Source of the DNA: Cytophagales bacterium
GTDB lineage: Bacteria > Bacteroidota > Bacteroidia > Cytophagales > Spirosomataceae
Direction: 5' to 3'
DNA: 24,000 nt
NCBI GenBank assembly: GCA_038230735.1
Contig: JBBRMR010000013.1
Coordinates: 58,095-82,094, forward strand
Within the stretch, counting starts at the first letter, position 1. Each line of letters begins with the position of its first letter. The notes beneath the pieces are model-generated. The model saw only the letters and a list, made by a program, of their open reading frames with translations. It was not told the origin of the DNA and did no database searches. The position numbers were made by a program, and so were the translations under genes. Shown piece after piece: positions 6,501-15,260 of this stretch.

Positions 6501-7460
6501 ATGACCAAACAAAATAATAGTCCAGAGAAAATAAGTTTGCACCTTCGCAACAAACACCGTGAGCGATATGATTTTGCACAACTCACTACGGCTTATCCAG
6601 AATTGAAACCATTTGTAACAACCTCAAAGTCAGGTGAAGACTCTATTGATTTTGCTAATGCCAATGCCGTCAAGGCTTTAAACAAAGCACTGTTAGCCCA
6701 TTTTTATCACATCAAATTTTGGGATATTCCCCAGAACTACCTTTGCCCCGCCATTCCTGGGCGAGCCGATTATATCCATTATGTGGCAGATTTATTGGCA
6801 GAATCAAACGGAGGGGTTATTCCAAAGGGTTTGAACATCAAATGCTTAGATATTGGAGTTGGGGCAAATTGCGTTTACCCCATCATCGGGCGAGAGGAAT
6901 ATGGTTGGGGGTTTGTGGGGTCTGACATTGACCCCTTAGCCATTCGTTCCGCCACTAATATTGTCAATTTCAATCCAGTTTTGAAAGGTTCGGTCAGTTG
7001 TCGTTTACAGAAATACGAAAATGTATTTTTTGATGAAATCATGAAGCCCAAAGAATTATTTGACGTAACGATTTGCAATCCACCCTTTCACGCCTCGGCA
7101 GAAGAAGCGGTTGCTGCCAATGTTCGTAAGGTTGGACATTTGACGCAACAAAAAATTACAACGCCAGCGTTAAATTTTGGCGGACAATCCAAAGAACTAT
7201 ATTGCGAAGGTGGCGAAGCACAATTTATTTGGGAAATGATTAATGAAAGTGCCACCATTCCAGATTTCTGTTTTTGGTTTACGACCTTGGTTTCTAAAAA
7301 AGAAAATTTAGCGGGCATCCACAAAACCTTTGCAAAAGTGAAAGCTGTGGAAGTAAAGGTAATTGAGATGAAGCAAGGGCAGAAAAGCAGTAGAATTGTG
7401 GCATGGACGTTCCTAACACCCGAAGAACAAGCCGCTTGGCGGGCGAAGCGGTGGAAATAG
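6501..7460 (+). CDS. rlmF: 23S rRNA (adenine1618-N6)-methyltransferase
   Basis: SAM-binding DIGVGANCVYPIIG, catalytic NPPFH, and length and overall pattern of RlmF/YbiN. Confidence 0.85.
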   Translation: MTKQNNSPEKISLHLRNKHRERYDFAQLTTAYPELKPFVTTSKSGEDSIDFANANAVKALNKALLAHFYHIKFWDIPQNYLCPAIPGRADYIHYVADLLAESNGGVIPKGLNIKCLDIGVGANCVYPIIGREEYGWGFVGSDIDPLAIRSATNIVNFNPVLKGSVSCRLQKYENVFFDEIMKPKELFDVTICNPPFHASAEEAVAANVRKVGHLTQQKITTPALNFGGQSKELYCEGGEAQFIWEMINESATIPDFCFWFTTLVSKKENLAGIHKTFAKVKAVEVKVIEMKQGQKSSRIVAWTFLTPEEQAAWRAKRWK

Positions 7461-7509
7461 TCTGGAATGATATTTTTACGAAAAAATATTCAAAATAAAA
7501 TAGTGAGAC

Positions 7510-9021
7510 ATGAATTTAGAAAATAATAAAACTAAAAATCGCCCCGATGTAGTCCTCATCGGAGCGGGAATTATGAGTGCTACGCTCGGTATTATGTTGA
7601 AACAATTTCAGCCCGACCTCACCATTGAATTATACGAAAGATTGGACAAAGTAGCGGGTGAAAGTTCAGACGCTTGGAACAATGCTGGAACGGGTCATTC
7701 AGCTCTGTGTGAGCTCAATTATACACCCAAGAATGAGGATGGTACGATTGATTGTTCCAAAGCCATTGCCATTGATGAATCCTTTGAAATTTCACGGCAA
7801 TTTTGGGCGTATTTGGTCGAACAAAAAATTATAGAATCGCCCGAAAGTTTCATCAGAAGTATTCCTCACATGAGTTTTGTTTGGGGTGAAGACAACGTGG
7901 AATATTTAAAAAAACGCCACGAAGCACTCTTGCAATATCATCCGTTCAGAGGTATGAAATATTCAGAAGACCATCAACAATTGATGGAATGGATGCCGAT
8001 TGTGATGGAAGGCAGAGACAAAAATCAGAAGATTGCTTCTACGAAAATGGACATTGGAACGGATGTAAATTTCGGTACATTGACTCGTCATCTACTAGAT
8101 TATCTGGATAAATTAGACGGGGTAAATATTCATCTAAATCATGAAGTTCAGAGCATCGAAAGAGAAGAAGAAAACGCCCCTTGGACAGTTGAATTAAAGG
8201 ATTTAGTGAGTGGGAAAAAACAAGAAGTTTCTACCAATTTTATCTTTATCGGGGCGGGTGGAGGTTCCTTATATTTGCTCGAAAAGTCAGGAATTCCCGA
8301 AGGAAAAGGCTTTGGCGGTTTCCCCGTAAGTGGGCAATGGTTGAAGTGTACTAATCCAAAAGTTATCGAAAGACACCATGCAAAAGTGTATGGAAAAGCC
8401 TCGGTGGGAGCTCCACCCATGTCCGTTCCTCACTTAGATTCTCGGATGATTGATGGAGAGAAAGCTCTCCTATTCGGTCCTTACGCTGGTTTTTCAACTA
8501 AATTTTTGAAAAATGGTTCGTATTTTGATTTGTTAGCTTCCATCAAATTAGATAACATCATTCCCATGATTTCGGCAGGTTTGGATAACATACCTCTAAC
8601 CAAATATTTGATTCACGAAGTTGCTCAAACCACCGAAGATAAATTGGAATCCTTGCGAGCATTTTTGCCCGAAGCCGTCATGGAAGATTGGCAAATTGAA
8701 GTGGCGGGTCAGCGAGTGCAAATTATCAAAAAGGACGAAGAACACGGAGGCGTTTTGGAATTTGGAACAGAAATTGTCAGTGCCACAGACGGTTCAATTT
8801 CGGCATTATTGGGGGCTTCGCCAGGGGCATCCATTTCAGTGTTGGCGATGTTGAATGTTATCAAAAAGTGCTTTCCCGAACAGATGAAATCGGATGAATG
8901 GCAAACCAAATTAAAGACCATGATTCCATCTTATGGACAACCCTTAGTCGAGAATCCAGTATTATGTAATCAAATAAGAAAATGGACGAGTGAGGTTTTG
9001 AATTTAGTGAACTTTGCATGA
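7510..9021 (+). CDS. mqo: Malate:quinone oxidoreductase
   Basis: N-terminal FAD fold VVLIGAGIMSATLG, SDAWNNAGTGHSALCELNYTP and GASPGAS. The length of about 500 aa is typical of Mqo. Confidence 0.9.
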   Translation: MNLENNKTKNRPDVVLIGAGIMSATLGIMLKQFQPDLTIELYERLDKVAGESSDAWNNAGTGHSALCELNYTPKNEDGTIDCSKAIAIDESFEISRQFWAYLVEQKIIESPESFIRSIPHMSFVWGEDNVEYLKKRHEALLQYHPFRGMKYSEDHQQLMEWMPIVMEGRDKNQKIASTKMDIGTDVNFGTLTRHLLDYLDKLDGVNIHLNHEVQSIEREEENAPWTVELKDLVSGKKQEVSTNFIFIGAGGGSLYLLEKSGIPEGKGFGGFPVSGQWLKCTNPKVIERHHAKVYGKASVGAPPMSVPHLDSRMIDGEKALLFGPYAGFSTKFLKNGSYFDLLASIKLDNIIPMISAGLDNIPLTKYLIHEVAQTTEDKLESLRAFLPEAVMEDWQIEVAGQRVQIIKKDEEHGGVLEFGTEIVSATDGSISALLGASPGASISVLAMLNVIKKCFPEQMKSDEWQTKLKTMIPSYGQPLVENPVLCNQIRKWTSEVLNLVNFA

Positions 9022-9029
9022 TTTGTTTA

Positions 9030-9074
9030 ACATACCGAAAGTTTTAATCCGCAATGGATATTGTTTCGGGAAGT
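9030..9074. repeat. Degenerate copy of the CCCGAAAG hairpin repeat with an expanded loop
   Basis: ACATACCGAAAGT (9030-9042, 11/13 to the consensus arm), a 19-nt loop, then TGTTTCGGGAAGT (9062-9074, 11/13). It starts 9 nt after the mqo stop. Confidence 0.55.
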
Positions 9075-9242
9075 TATTACCAAGTTTTTTATTTTATTTT
9101 TAAATTTTAGGTCAGTTACCCGACATATCTCCAAATTCTTCCATCGTATTTTCATGGAAAAACTATTAGGTCTAATAGAAACGTTGTTCTCGAACATCAA
9201 TCTAAACATTGTCGAAGCGTATTGAATAAAGTTTAAAATCCT

Positions 9243-11666
9243 ATGAAAAACACTTTACTACTGCTTTATTTCCTACTCTTTTCAAACCTTGTCGAAGCAC
9301 AAACAATCACGGGACGAGTCTTGGATGCACGAACCCATGAGGCTCTGCCCTTTGTATCTATTTCAATAAAAAATTCAACCAAAGGTATTCTTTCAAAAGA
9401 AGATGGGACTTTTGAGATAACATCGAAGAGTAAAGATATTGATTTGATTTTCAGTTCGATAGGATATTTCTCAAAGGTTTTGAATGCTCGTAGTGTTAGA
9501 GAGGTATATCTAACGCAGAAAAATAATAATCTAAATGAAGTAGTGGTTTTTTCTATTAACCCCGCCCACAGAATCATGGAAGCGGCACTTAGGAATAAGC
9601 CTGTAAATGACCCTGAACAACAGACCTCTTTTCGTTATGAAGTTTATCATAAAAGTATCGTTTCAGCCAATACTGACTCCCTAAACATCAACACAAAATT
9701 GGGTAAAACCCTCAAAAATAACGACTTATTCATCAACGAAAGTTACGCTATTCACAAATATATACGTCCCAATCTCAACAAAGAAATCATTACAGGGTCA
9801 CGTACTTCGGGAACAAAAAGTACGCTATTTTCGAGTTTGACCCCTTTGCTTCAACAATTTAGTTTTTACCGTGATTTTATCCAATTTCAAGGCAGACAAC
9901 TTCAAGAACAACTCATTTACGTCAATCCACTATCCGTTGGAACATTTGGGCGTTATGATTTTAATTTATTAGATACCCTCATTTTAGACACTGGCGATAG
10001 CACTTTTATCATTGATTTTGAACCCAAACGCAAAAGCAATTTTGTAGGGTTGAAAGGTACACTTCACATCCATTCGGGCGATTTTGCCCTACAATATGTG
10101 CGTGCCGAACCCGCAGAAACCGATTTGTTGCATTTTAAGTTAGAACAGATTTATGAACAAATTGACGGTAAGACTTGGTTTCCCAAAGAACTTTCTGCGG
10201 AATGGCTTTTGTCGGAATTCAAAATTGGGGGACAAAGTTTGCAGTTCAACATTCGTAGCTCTTTGAAAAATATTGAGATTGGCGTTAGGATTCCCGTAAC
10301 GGATTTTGATGAAAATTCGCTTGAATTTAAGCCTGATGCCATTTTTCAAGATGATAATTTTTGGCAAAGTCATCGTTTGGATTCGCTTTCATTACGGGAA
10401 AAGAATACCTATCGCTACCATAATTCAATGTCTTTGGGACAAAAATTCAAGCAAACTGCCATCATCAGTGGTTCAGAGTGGCTTTTATCGGGAGCGATTC
10501 CTTTGGGGAAAAAATTGGACTTATCCATTCAAAATCTCTTTGATGCCAATATTTATGAAGGCATACGCCCAACCTTAAACGTATTGACCAATGAAAATTT
10601 TTCAAAATTTATCCGATTTGATGCCAAAGCGGGATACGGCTTCAAAGACCAAGCCTTTAAATATGAAGGTCGAATTCGTTTTAATTTAAACGAAAAGTAT
10701 AAGGTTAAGCTCAGTTTAGCGTACCGAAATGATATTTCTGAACCTGGGAATGTGCAGTATTTTATCTGGAATTTTCCTCAAATACCTTACGAACTGATTC
10801 GTACTTTTCAGATTGCACGGGCTGATAGTCTGAGCCAATTGAAGGCTGAACTCAGTTTCAGGGCTTTACGGTACACCACTTTTTCCATTTCTTTAATTGA
10901 TGAAATCCGCAAACCTACCTACAAATATACCTACCACAACCCCATGCACGACCCCATGAACCCGCTGATGGGAGATTTCCATACTACTGAAATTGGCATT
11001 GGATTTCGATATGCGTTTGGCGAACAGTTTTCACAAATTGGTCGTGGTTCAATTATCACTACGACACCCTCGCCAACGTTCTCTTTGCATTTCGCCCAAG
11101 GAATATTGTATTTTCCAGAAGGTAAATTGCCCTATACCAAACTAAATACTAAAATCGAATATAATGTTAAAACCCTAAATTTAGGCGAAACATTTATCAG
11201 TTTATCAGCGGGCAAAATCTGGGGAGACATTCCATATCCTTATTTATTCAACGGTAGAGGTAGCCGAGACAACAGTAATTTTGTATGGGTAGCCAACCAT
11301 TTCCAAACGATGGGATTATACGAATTCACATCCGACCAATACGCCAGTTTATTCTTAACCCATAACTTCGGTAGTCTTTTAGCAAAGCCAAGCACCAAAT
11401 GGTTTCGTCCAGAAGTAGCGGTATTTCAAGGGATTGCCGTAGGTAGTTTTAGTAATCGTGAAGCCCATGATGGATTAGAATTCAAAGGCTTAGAAAAAGG
11501 TTATTTTGAAACGGGGTTAATGATTGATAACCTTGTTCGCAAGCGTTTTGCCAAATTATTCTACCTCGGGGCTGGTGTGGGAGCATTTAGACGATGGGGA
11601 GCAAATGAATTGACAAATACTTCCGATAATTGGACTTATCGGTTAGTTTGGAATGTGGCTTTTTGA
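9243..11666 (+). CDS. DUF5686-like large exported protein with an N-terminal carboxypeptidase-regulatory-like domain
   Basis: Signal peptide, then ITGRVLDARTHEALPFVSISIKNSTKG...DGTFEI (CarboxypepD_reg-like). The roughly 800-aa architecture is common in Bacteroidota. Confidence 0.65.
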   Translation: MKNTLLLLYFLLFSNLVEAQTITGRVLDARTHEALPFVSISIKNSTKGILSKEDGTFEITSKSKDIDLIFSSIGYFSKVLNARSVREVYLTQKNNNLNEVVVFSINPAHRIMEAALRNKPVNDPEQQTSFRYEVYHKSIVSANTDSLNINTKLGKTLKNNDLFINESYAIHKYIRPNLNKEIITGSRTSGTKSTLFSSLTPLLQQFSFYRDFIQFQGRQLQEQLIYVNPLSVGTFGRYDFNLLDTLILDTGDSTFIIDFEPKRKSNFVGLKGTLHIHSGDFALQYVRAEPAETDLLHFKLEQIYEQIDGKTWFPKELSAEWLLSEFKIGGQSLQFNIRSSLKNIEIGVRIPVTDFDENSLEFKPDAIFQDDNFWQSHRLDSLSLREKNTYRYHNSMSLGQKFKQTAIISGSEWLLSGAIPLGKKLDLSIQNLFDANIYEGIRPTLNVLTNENFSKFIRFDAKAGYGFKDQAFKYEGRIRFNLNEKYKVKLSLAYRNDISEPGNVQYFIWNFPQIPYELIRTFQIARADSLSQLKAELSFRALRYTTFSISLIDEIRKPTYKYTYHNPMHDPMNPLMGDFHTTEIGIGFRYAFGEQFSQIGRGSIITTTPSPTFSLHFAQGILYFPEGKLPYTKLNTKIEYNVKTLNLGETFISLSAGKIWGDIPYPYLFNGRGSRDNSNFVWVANHFQTMGLYEFTSDQYASLFLTHNFGSLLAKPSTKWFRPEVAVFQGIAVGSFSNREAHDGLEFKGLEKGYFETGLMIDNLVRKRFAKLFYLGAGVGAFRRWGANELTNTSDNWTYRLVWNVAF

Positions 11667-11744
11667 TAATCAACCGTTGATTTGTTTTATTTTACCCAAA
11701 AAATTCTCAATTTTGTAAAATAACCTTACAAATCCCGCTCAAAA

Positions 11745-12386
11745 ATGAAATCATCCTTACTTATAATTTTCACTTTATTATTTACAAAATCCTTTGCTCA
11801 AAATGTAACTTCGCCCGAAGAACAAGACGAAATCAAACAAGTAATTACCGACGAAGCCAAATTTTATTATGCTCGAAACCTTGAAAAATGGGCAAATTGC
11901 TATCGTCAAACATCCCAAACCTACTGGGCAATGATTGACCGAGAAGGCGGCACTACGCAAAAAGAAGGTTGGGATAATATCAATGCCTACGTTTCGGGAT
12001 ATTTAAAGGAAAATTCGAAGGCTGTGAAATGTACTTTCAAGCGAGAAAACTATAATTTCCGAAAAGTAAATCCAACCTACATCTGGGTAACTTTTGACCA
12101 AACGAAAACGCTGGCGGGCAAAAAGGATTTATCCAAAGAAACTCGTATTTTGGAATTAATCAAAAGCGAATGGAAAATCGTGAACAGAACGGGTTTTTAT
12201 ATGCCAATTGAAAAAACTACGAAAGAAGACCCAACATTAACAGGAAAAGAAAAAGATAATAAGGAGATTGTGGGAAAGGATAAGAGAGAAGTTATTGATA
12301 AAAATAAGAAGGTGATTTCTGAAAAAGAAGTGAAAGAAGTTACTGAAAAAGATAAAAAGATTAAATCAAAAAAAAGAGACGAATAA
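11745..12386 (+). CDS. Secreted hypothetical protein with an NTF2-like body and a Lys/Glu-rich tail
   Basis: Signal peptide MKSSLLIIFTLLFTKSFA. The C-terminal 50 aa are KE-rich low complexity (KEKDNKEIVGKDKREVIDKNKKVISEKEVKEVTEKDKKIKSKKRDE). Confidence 0.6.
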   Translation: MKSSLLIIFTLLFTKSFAQNVTSPEEQDEIKQVITDEAKFYYARNLEKWANCYRQTSQTYWAMIDREGGTTQKEGWDNINAYVSGYLKENSKAVKCTFKRENYNFRKVNPTYIWVTFDQTKTLAGKKDLSKETRILELIKSEWKIVNRTGFYMPIEKTTKEDPTLTGKEKDNKEIVGKDKREVIDKNKKVISEKEVKEVTEKDKKIKSKKRDE

Positions 12387-12390
12387 GAAA

Positions 12391-12424
12391 AAAAGGCTTC
12401 CTGAATCATCAGGAAGCCTTTTTT
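12391..12424. terminator. Bidirectional rho-independent terminator
   Basis: A-run, GGCTTCCTGA (12395-12404), loop ATCA, TCAGGAAGCC (12409-12418), T-run. It sits between convergent genes. Confidence 0.85.
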
Positions 12425-12458
12425 GTATTAAAATACTTATGATTTATGTCTTAAAAAT

Positions 12459-13622
12459 TTATATCATCGGCATCGCAAATAACTTCACATCATCCAACGT
12501 AATTACGTCATTACACATAATCACAAGGCGTTCCACCACGTTACGTAGTTCACGGACATTACCCGTCCAAGCAAGATTTTGCAGGTATTTCATGGCATCG
12601 GCTTCCACTATTTTTGAAGATTGCCCGTATTCATCGGCAACATCATTCAAGAACTTTTCAACCAATAAAGGTATATCATCGGGACGTTGGTTCAAGGCTG
12701 GCACATGAATTGGAATCACGTTTAAACGATGGTATAAATCTTCTCTGAAACGTCCTTCGGCGATTTCAGTGGATAATACTTTATTCGTTGCCGCAAAAAC
12801 CCGCACGTTGATTTTGATTTCTTTGTCCCCTCCCACTCTCGTAATTTTTCCTTCCTGCAAAGCCCTTAAAACTTTCGCTTGGGCTGAAAGTGCCATATCG
12901 CCAATTTCATCCAAGAAAAGTGTTCCACCATCGGCTTGTTCAAACTTACCGATTCTTTGTTTGATGGCAGAAGTAAATGCCCCTTTTTCATGTCCAAACA
13001 ACTCAGATTCAATCAGTTCCGAAGGAATGGCGGCACAGTTTACCTCAATCAAAGGCATATGTGAACGTCCGCTTCTTTCGTGCAAACGCTTGGCAACCAT
13101 CTCCTTTCCCGAACCATTTGGTCCTGTAATTAGTACACGGGCTTCGGTAGGTCCAACACGGTCGCAGGTATCTTTGACTCGCTGAATACCAGCGGATTCA
13201 CCCACAATTTCATTGAGTTTATAGACTCTTTTCTTCAAAACTTTCGTTTCAACAATCATCTTGCCCCGTTCAATGGCATTGCGGACTGTTACCAAAAGAC
13301 GATTCAAATCGGGCGGTTTCGAGATAAAATCAAAGGCTCCACGCTTGGTTGCTTCAACGGCAGTTTCCACATTGCCGAAGGCAGAAATCATGATAAATTG
13401 AGCCCCTTTACCCATTTCAGTAGCACGTTGCAACAAATCCAGTCCCTCAATTTTGGGCATTCGGATATCACAAAGCACTACGTCATAGTCATTATTGGTT
13501 ACTAATTCCAGTCCTTGTTCGCCATCACTGGCTTCTTCGATAGCATAGCCTTCGTATTCCAGAATGTCTCTCAACGCTCCACGAATTGCTTTTTCATCGT
13601 CAATAATTAATAATTTTGCCAT
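12459..13622 (-). CDS. Sigma-54-dependent response regulator (receiver plus AAA+ domains) lacking a C-terminal HTH
   Basis: Receiver: LLIIDDE ... VVLCDIRMP. AAA+: Walker A GPNGSGKE, sigma-54 contact loop GAFTSA, Walker B LFLDEIG, NVRELRN. The protein ends 27 aa after NVRELRN, which leaves no room for a Fis-type HTH. Confidence 0.85.
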   Translation of the reverse strand: MAKLLIIDDEKAIRGALRDILEYEGYAIEEASDGEQGLELVTNNDYDVVLCDIRMPKIEGLDLLQRATEMGKGAQFIMISAFGNVETAVEATKRGAFDFISKPPDLNRLLVTVRNAIERGKMIVETKVLKKRVYKLNEIVGESAGIQRVKDTCDRVGPTEARVLITGPNGSGKEMVAKRLHERSGRSHMPLIEVNCAAIPSELIESELFGHEKGAFTSAIKQRIGKFEQADGGTLFLDEIGDMALSAQAKVLRALQEGKITRVGGDKEIKINVRVFAATNKVLSTEIAEGRFREDLYHRLNVIPIHVPALNQRPDDIPLLVEKFLNDVADEYGQSSKIVEADAMKYLQNLAWTGNVRELRNVVERLVIMCNDVITLDDVKLFAMPMI

Positions 13623-13826
13623 TATGGAAGGGTTACAAATTAGGGCGATTAAATTTATTTTATCTTAATAAATAGTATGATTTTGATTACTCATCAAAAA
13701 TACGTCATTTTACTCTTTTTAAAAATTTTATTCTAAGAATAACGTACATTATTGATTATTTGTAAATAATGTCAGTAAGCCGACAAGCGATTGTCGTACT
13801 TTTTATCAACTTTGTATCGTTGAAAT

Positions 13827-13969
13827 AGTATTAAGTAAATGAGTATTGGGTAGGTTGGTATTGAGTAACAAACTCAATATTTTATCTTGATTCAATCCAA
13901 AACTCCTTAAAAATCGGATATATCCACAGACTAATTACTCACATACTCAATACTCATTTACTTAAAACT
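13827..13969. repeat. Long inverted repeat (hairpin or MITE-like) in a divergent intergenic region
   Basis: AGTATTAAGTAAATGAGTATTG (13827-13848) pairs with CAATACTCATTTACTTAAAACT (13948-13969) at 21/22, with an 18-bp perfect core. The arms continue imperfectly inward. Inner hairpin TATTGAGT-AACAA-ACTCAATA (13859-13879) and palindrome GGATATATCC (13916-13925). Confidence 0.8.
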
Positions 13970-13985
13970 TCAAATAATTAAAGAA

Positions 13986-14414
13986 ATGAAAAAGATAATA
14001 ATTTTCTCAATCTCACTTTTAGTGATGTCCGCTTGCACGAGGGATCAAGCATTAACGCCCGTAACGCAAGCAACGCCCGTAAACATTGACCCTGTAAAAC
14101 CCGCAGAATCAACGGGGGCATTTTCTAATGGCGCTCATCCGACTTCTGGAACGGTGAAGGTGGTCGTTGATAAAACGGATGCCACCAAAAAGTATCTTTC
14201 TTTTGAAAATTTCAAAACCGATGCTGGTCCAGATTTGTATATTTATTTAGCCGAAGACAAGAATGCAACGGGTTCAGTATCAGTAGCAAAATTAGATAAA
14301 ACTGGCACTTTTACGTTGGATATTCCTGCTAATGCAAACCTTACCAAACAAAAATATGTATTGGTGTGGTGCAAGTCATTTACGGTACTTTTTGGGAGTG
14401 CTAAATTGGAGTGA
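13986..14414 (+). CDS. DM13 domain-containing lipoprotein
   Basis: Lipobox LLVMSAC. GTVKVVVDK...YLSFENFKTDAGPDLYIYL...YVLVWCKSFTVLFGSAKL matches the DM13 pattern. Confidence 0.75.
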   Translation: MKKIIIFSISLLVMSACTRDQALTPVTQATPVNIDPVKPAESTGAFSNGAHPTSGTVKVVVDKTDATKKYLSFENFKTDAGPDLYIYLAEDKNATGSVSVAKLDKTGTFTLDIPANANLTKQKYVLVWCKSFTVLFGSAKLE

Positions 14415-14484
14415 AGTTTTAACAGTCAAACCATTAACCATTTTTTGAGTTACAATTCATCAACAAATATTTTTAAAATCTATT

Positions 14485-15219
14485 ATGAAAAACCTTATTG
14501 TTTTATTGTTTTTAACTATTATTTCTTTCAATGTTTCAGCCCAAGGCTTTGATAAATCTTACAGCACGCTTGACTTGGCTTTGGCGGGTAATTCCAATGC
14601 TTTTTCACCCGCAGTTTCTTACACGCAGATGTTTGGGTTGGGTAAATCAAAACGCTTCAAAATTGGTTATGGCATTAGGCTCACTTCGTTTTTTATGAAC
14701 AACGTTTCTGCCCGAACTGCCCCCGCAAAGTTCACCTCGAGTACATCAAGTTTTAGTGCCTTATTTGCCGATGATATTAATTCAAATATTGATACTTTAC
14801 AATTATCAACCGCTCAAAATAATGCGTTGAATGTTTCAATCAATTTGCAATATGCTTTGTCTAAAAAATTGGAAATAGGCTTTAATATTGATGCCACGGG
14901 CTATTCTTTCGGAGCTTCGCAAACGGGAACTTTGATTTCAAAAAAGAATAAGCACAAATTCACTGATGGCACAAATACCTCGGTGGCAAATCCCAATGGT
15001 TTGAATCTATTATTGGTAAGTGATTCTGACTTGGGGAGCTTAAACTCAGAAATTTACGCTCGATATTGGGTAACAGAAAAGATTGGAATTAGAGCGGGTG
15101 TGAGTTTTTTGTTTACGGAATACACCAGTGATAAAAAAGTACAATTGACCGATGGACTAAACAACCGTTGGAGATATAAATCACTGTTACCGTTAATTGC
15201 AGTTTCGTATAAATTGTAA
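14485..15219 (+). CDS. Putative outer-membrane beta-barrel protein
   Basis: Signal peptide, alternating amphipathic strands, and a C-terminal ...LIAVSYKL. No specific family recognised. Confidence 0.55.
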   Translation: MKNLIVLLFLTIISFNVSAQGFDKSYSTLDLALAGNSNAFSPAVSYTQMFGLGKSKRFKIGYGIRLTSFFMNNVSARTAPAKFTSSTSSFSALFADDINSNIDTLQLSTAQNNALNVSINLQYALSKKLEIGFNIDATGYSFGASQTGTLISKKNKHKFTDGTNTSVANPNGLNLLLVSDSDLGSLNSEIYARYWVTEKIGIRAGVSFLFTEYTSDKKVQLTDGLNNRWRYKSLLPLIAVSYKL

Positions 15220-15260
15220 ATGAGTAATCTTAATCTTCTCAACTTCTAAATGGTAAAATA

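Noticed and set aside
9027-9209. 60-aa - strand ORF in the mqo/DUF5686 spacer
   Set aside because: It has no motifs, spans the degenerate hairpin repeat and AT-rich DNA, and lacks promoter context.
12769-13185. 138-aa + strand ORF
   Set aside because: It is fully antisense to the well-supported sigma-54 activator gene, and its composition is typical of a shadow ORF.
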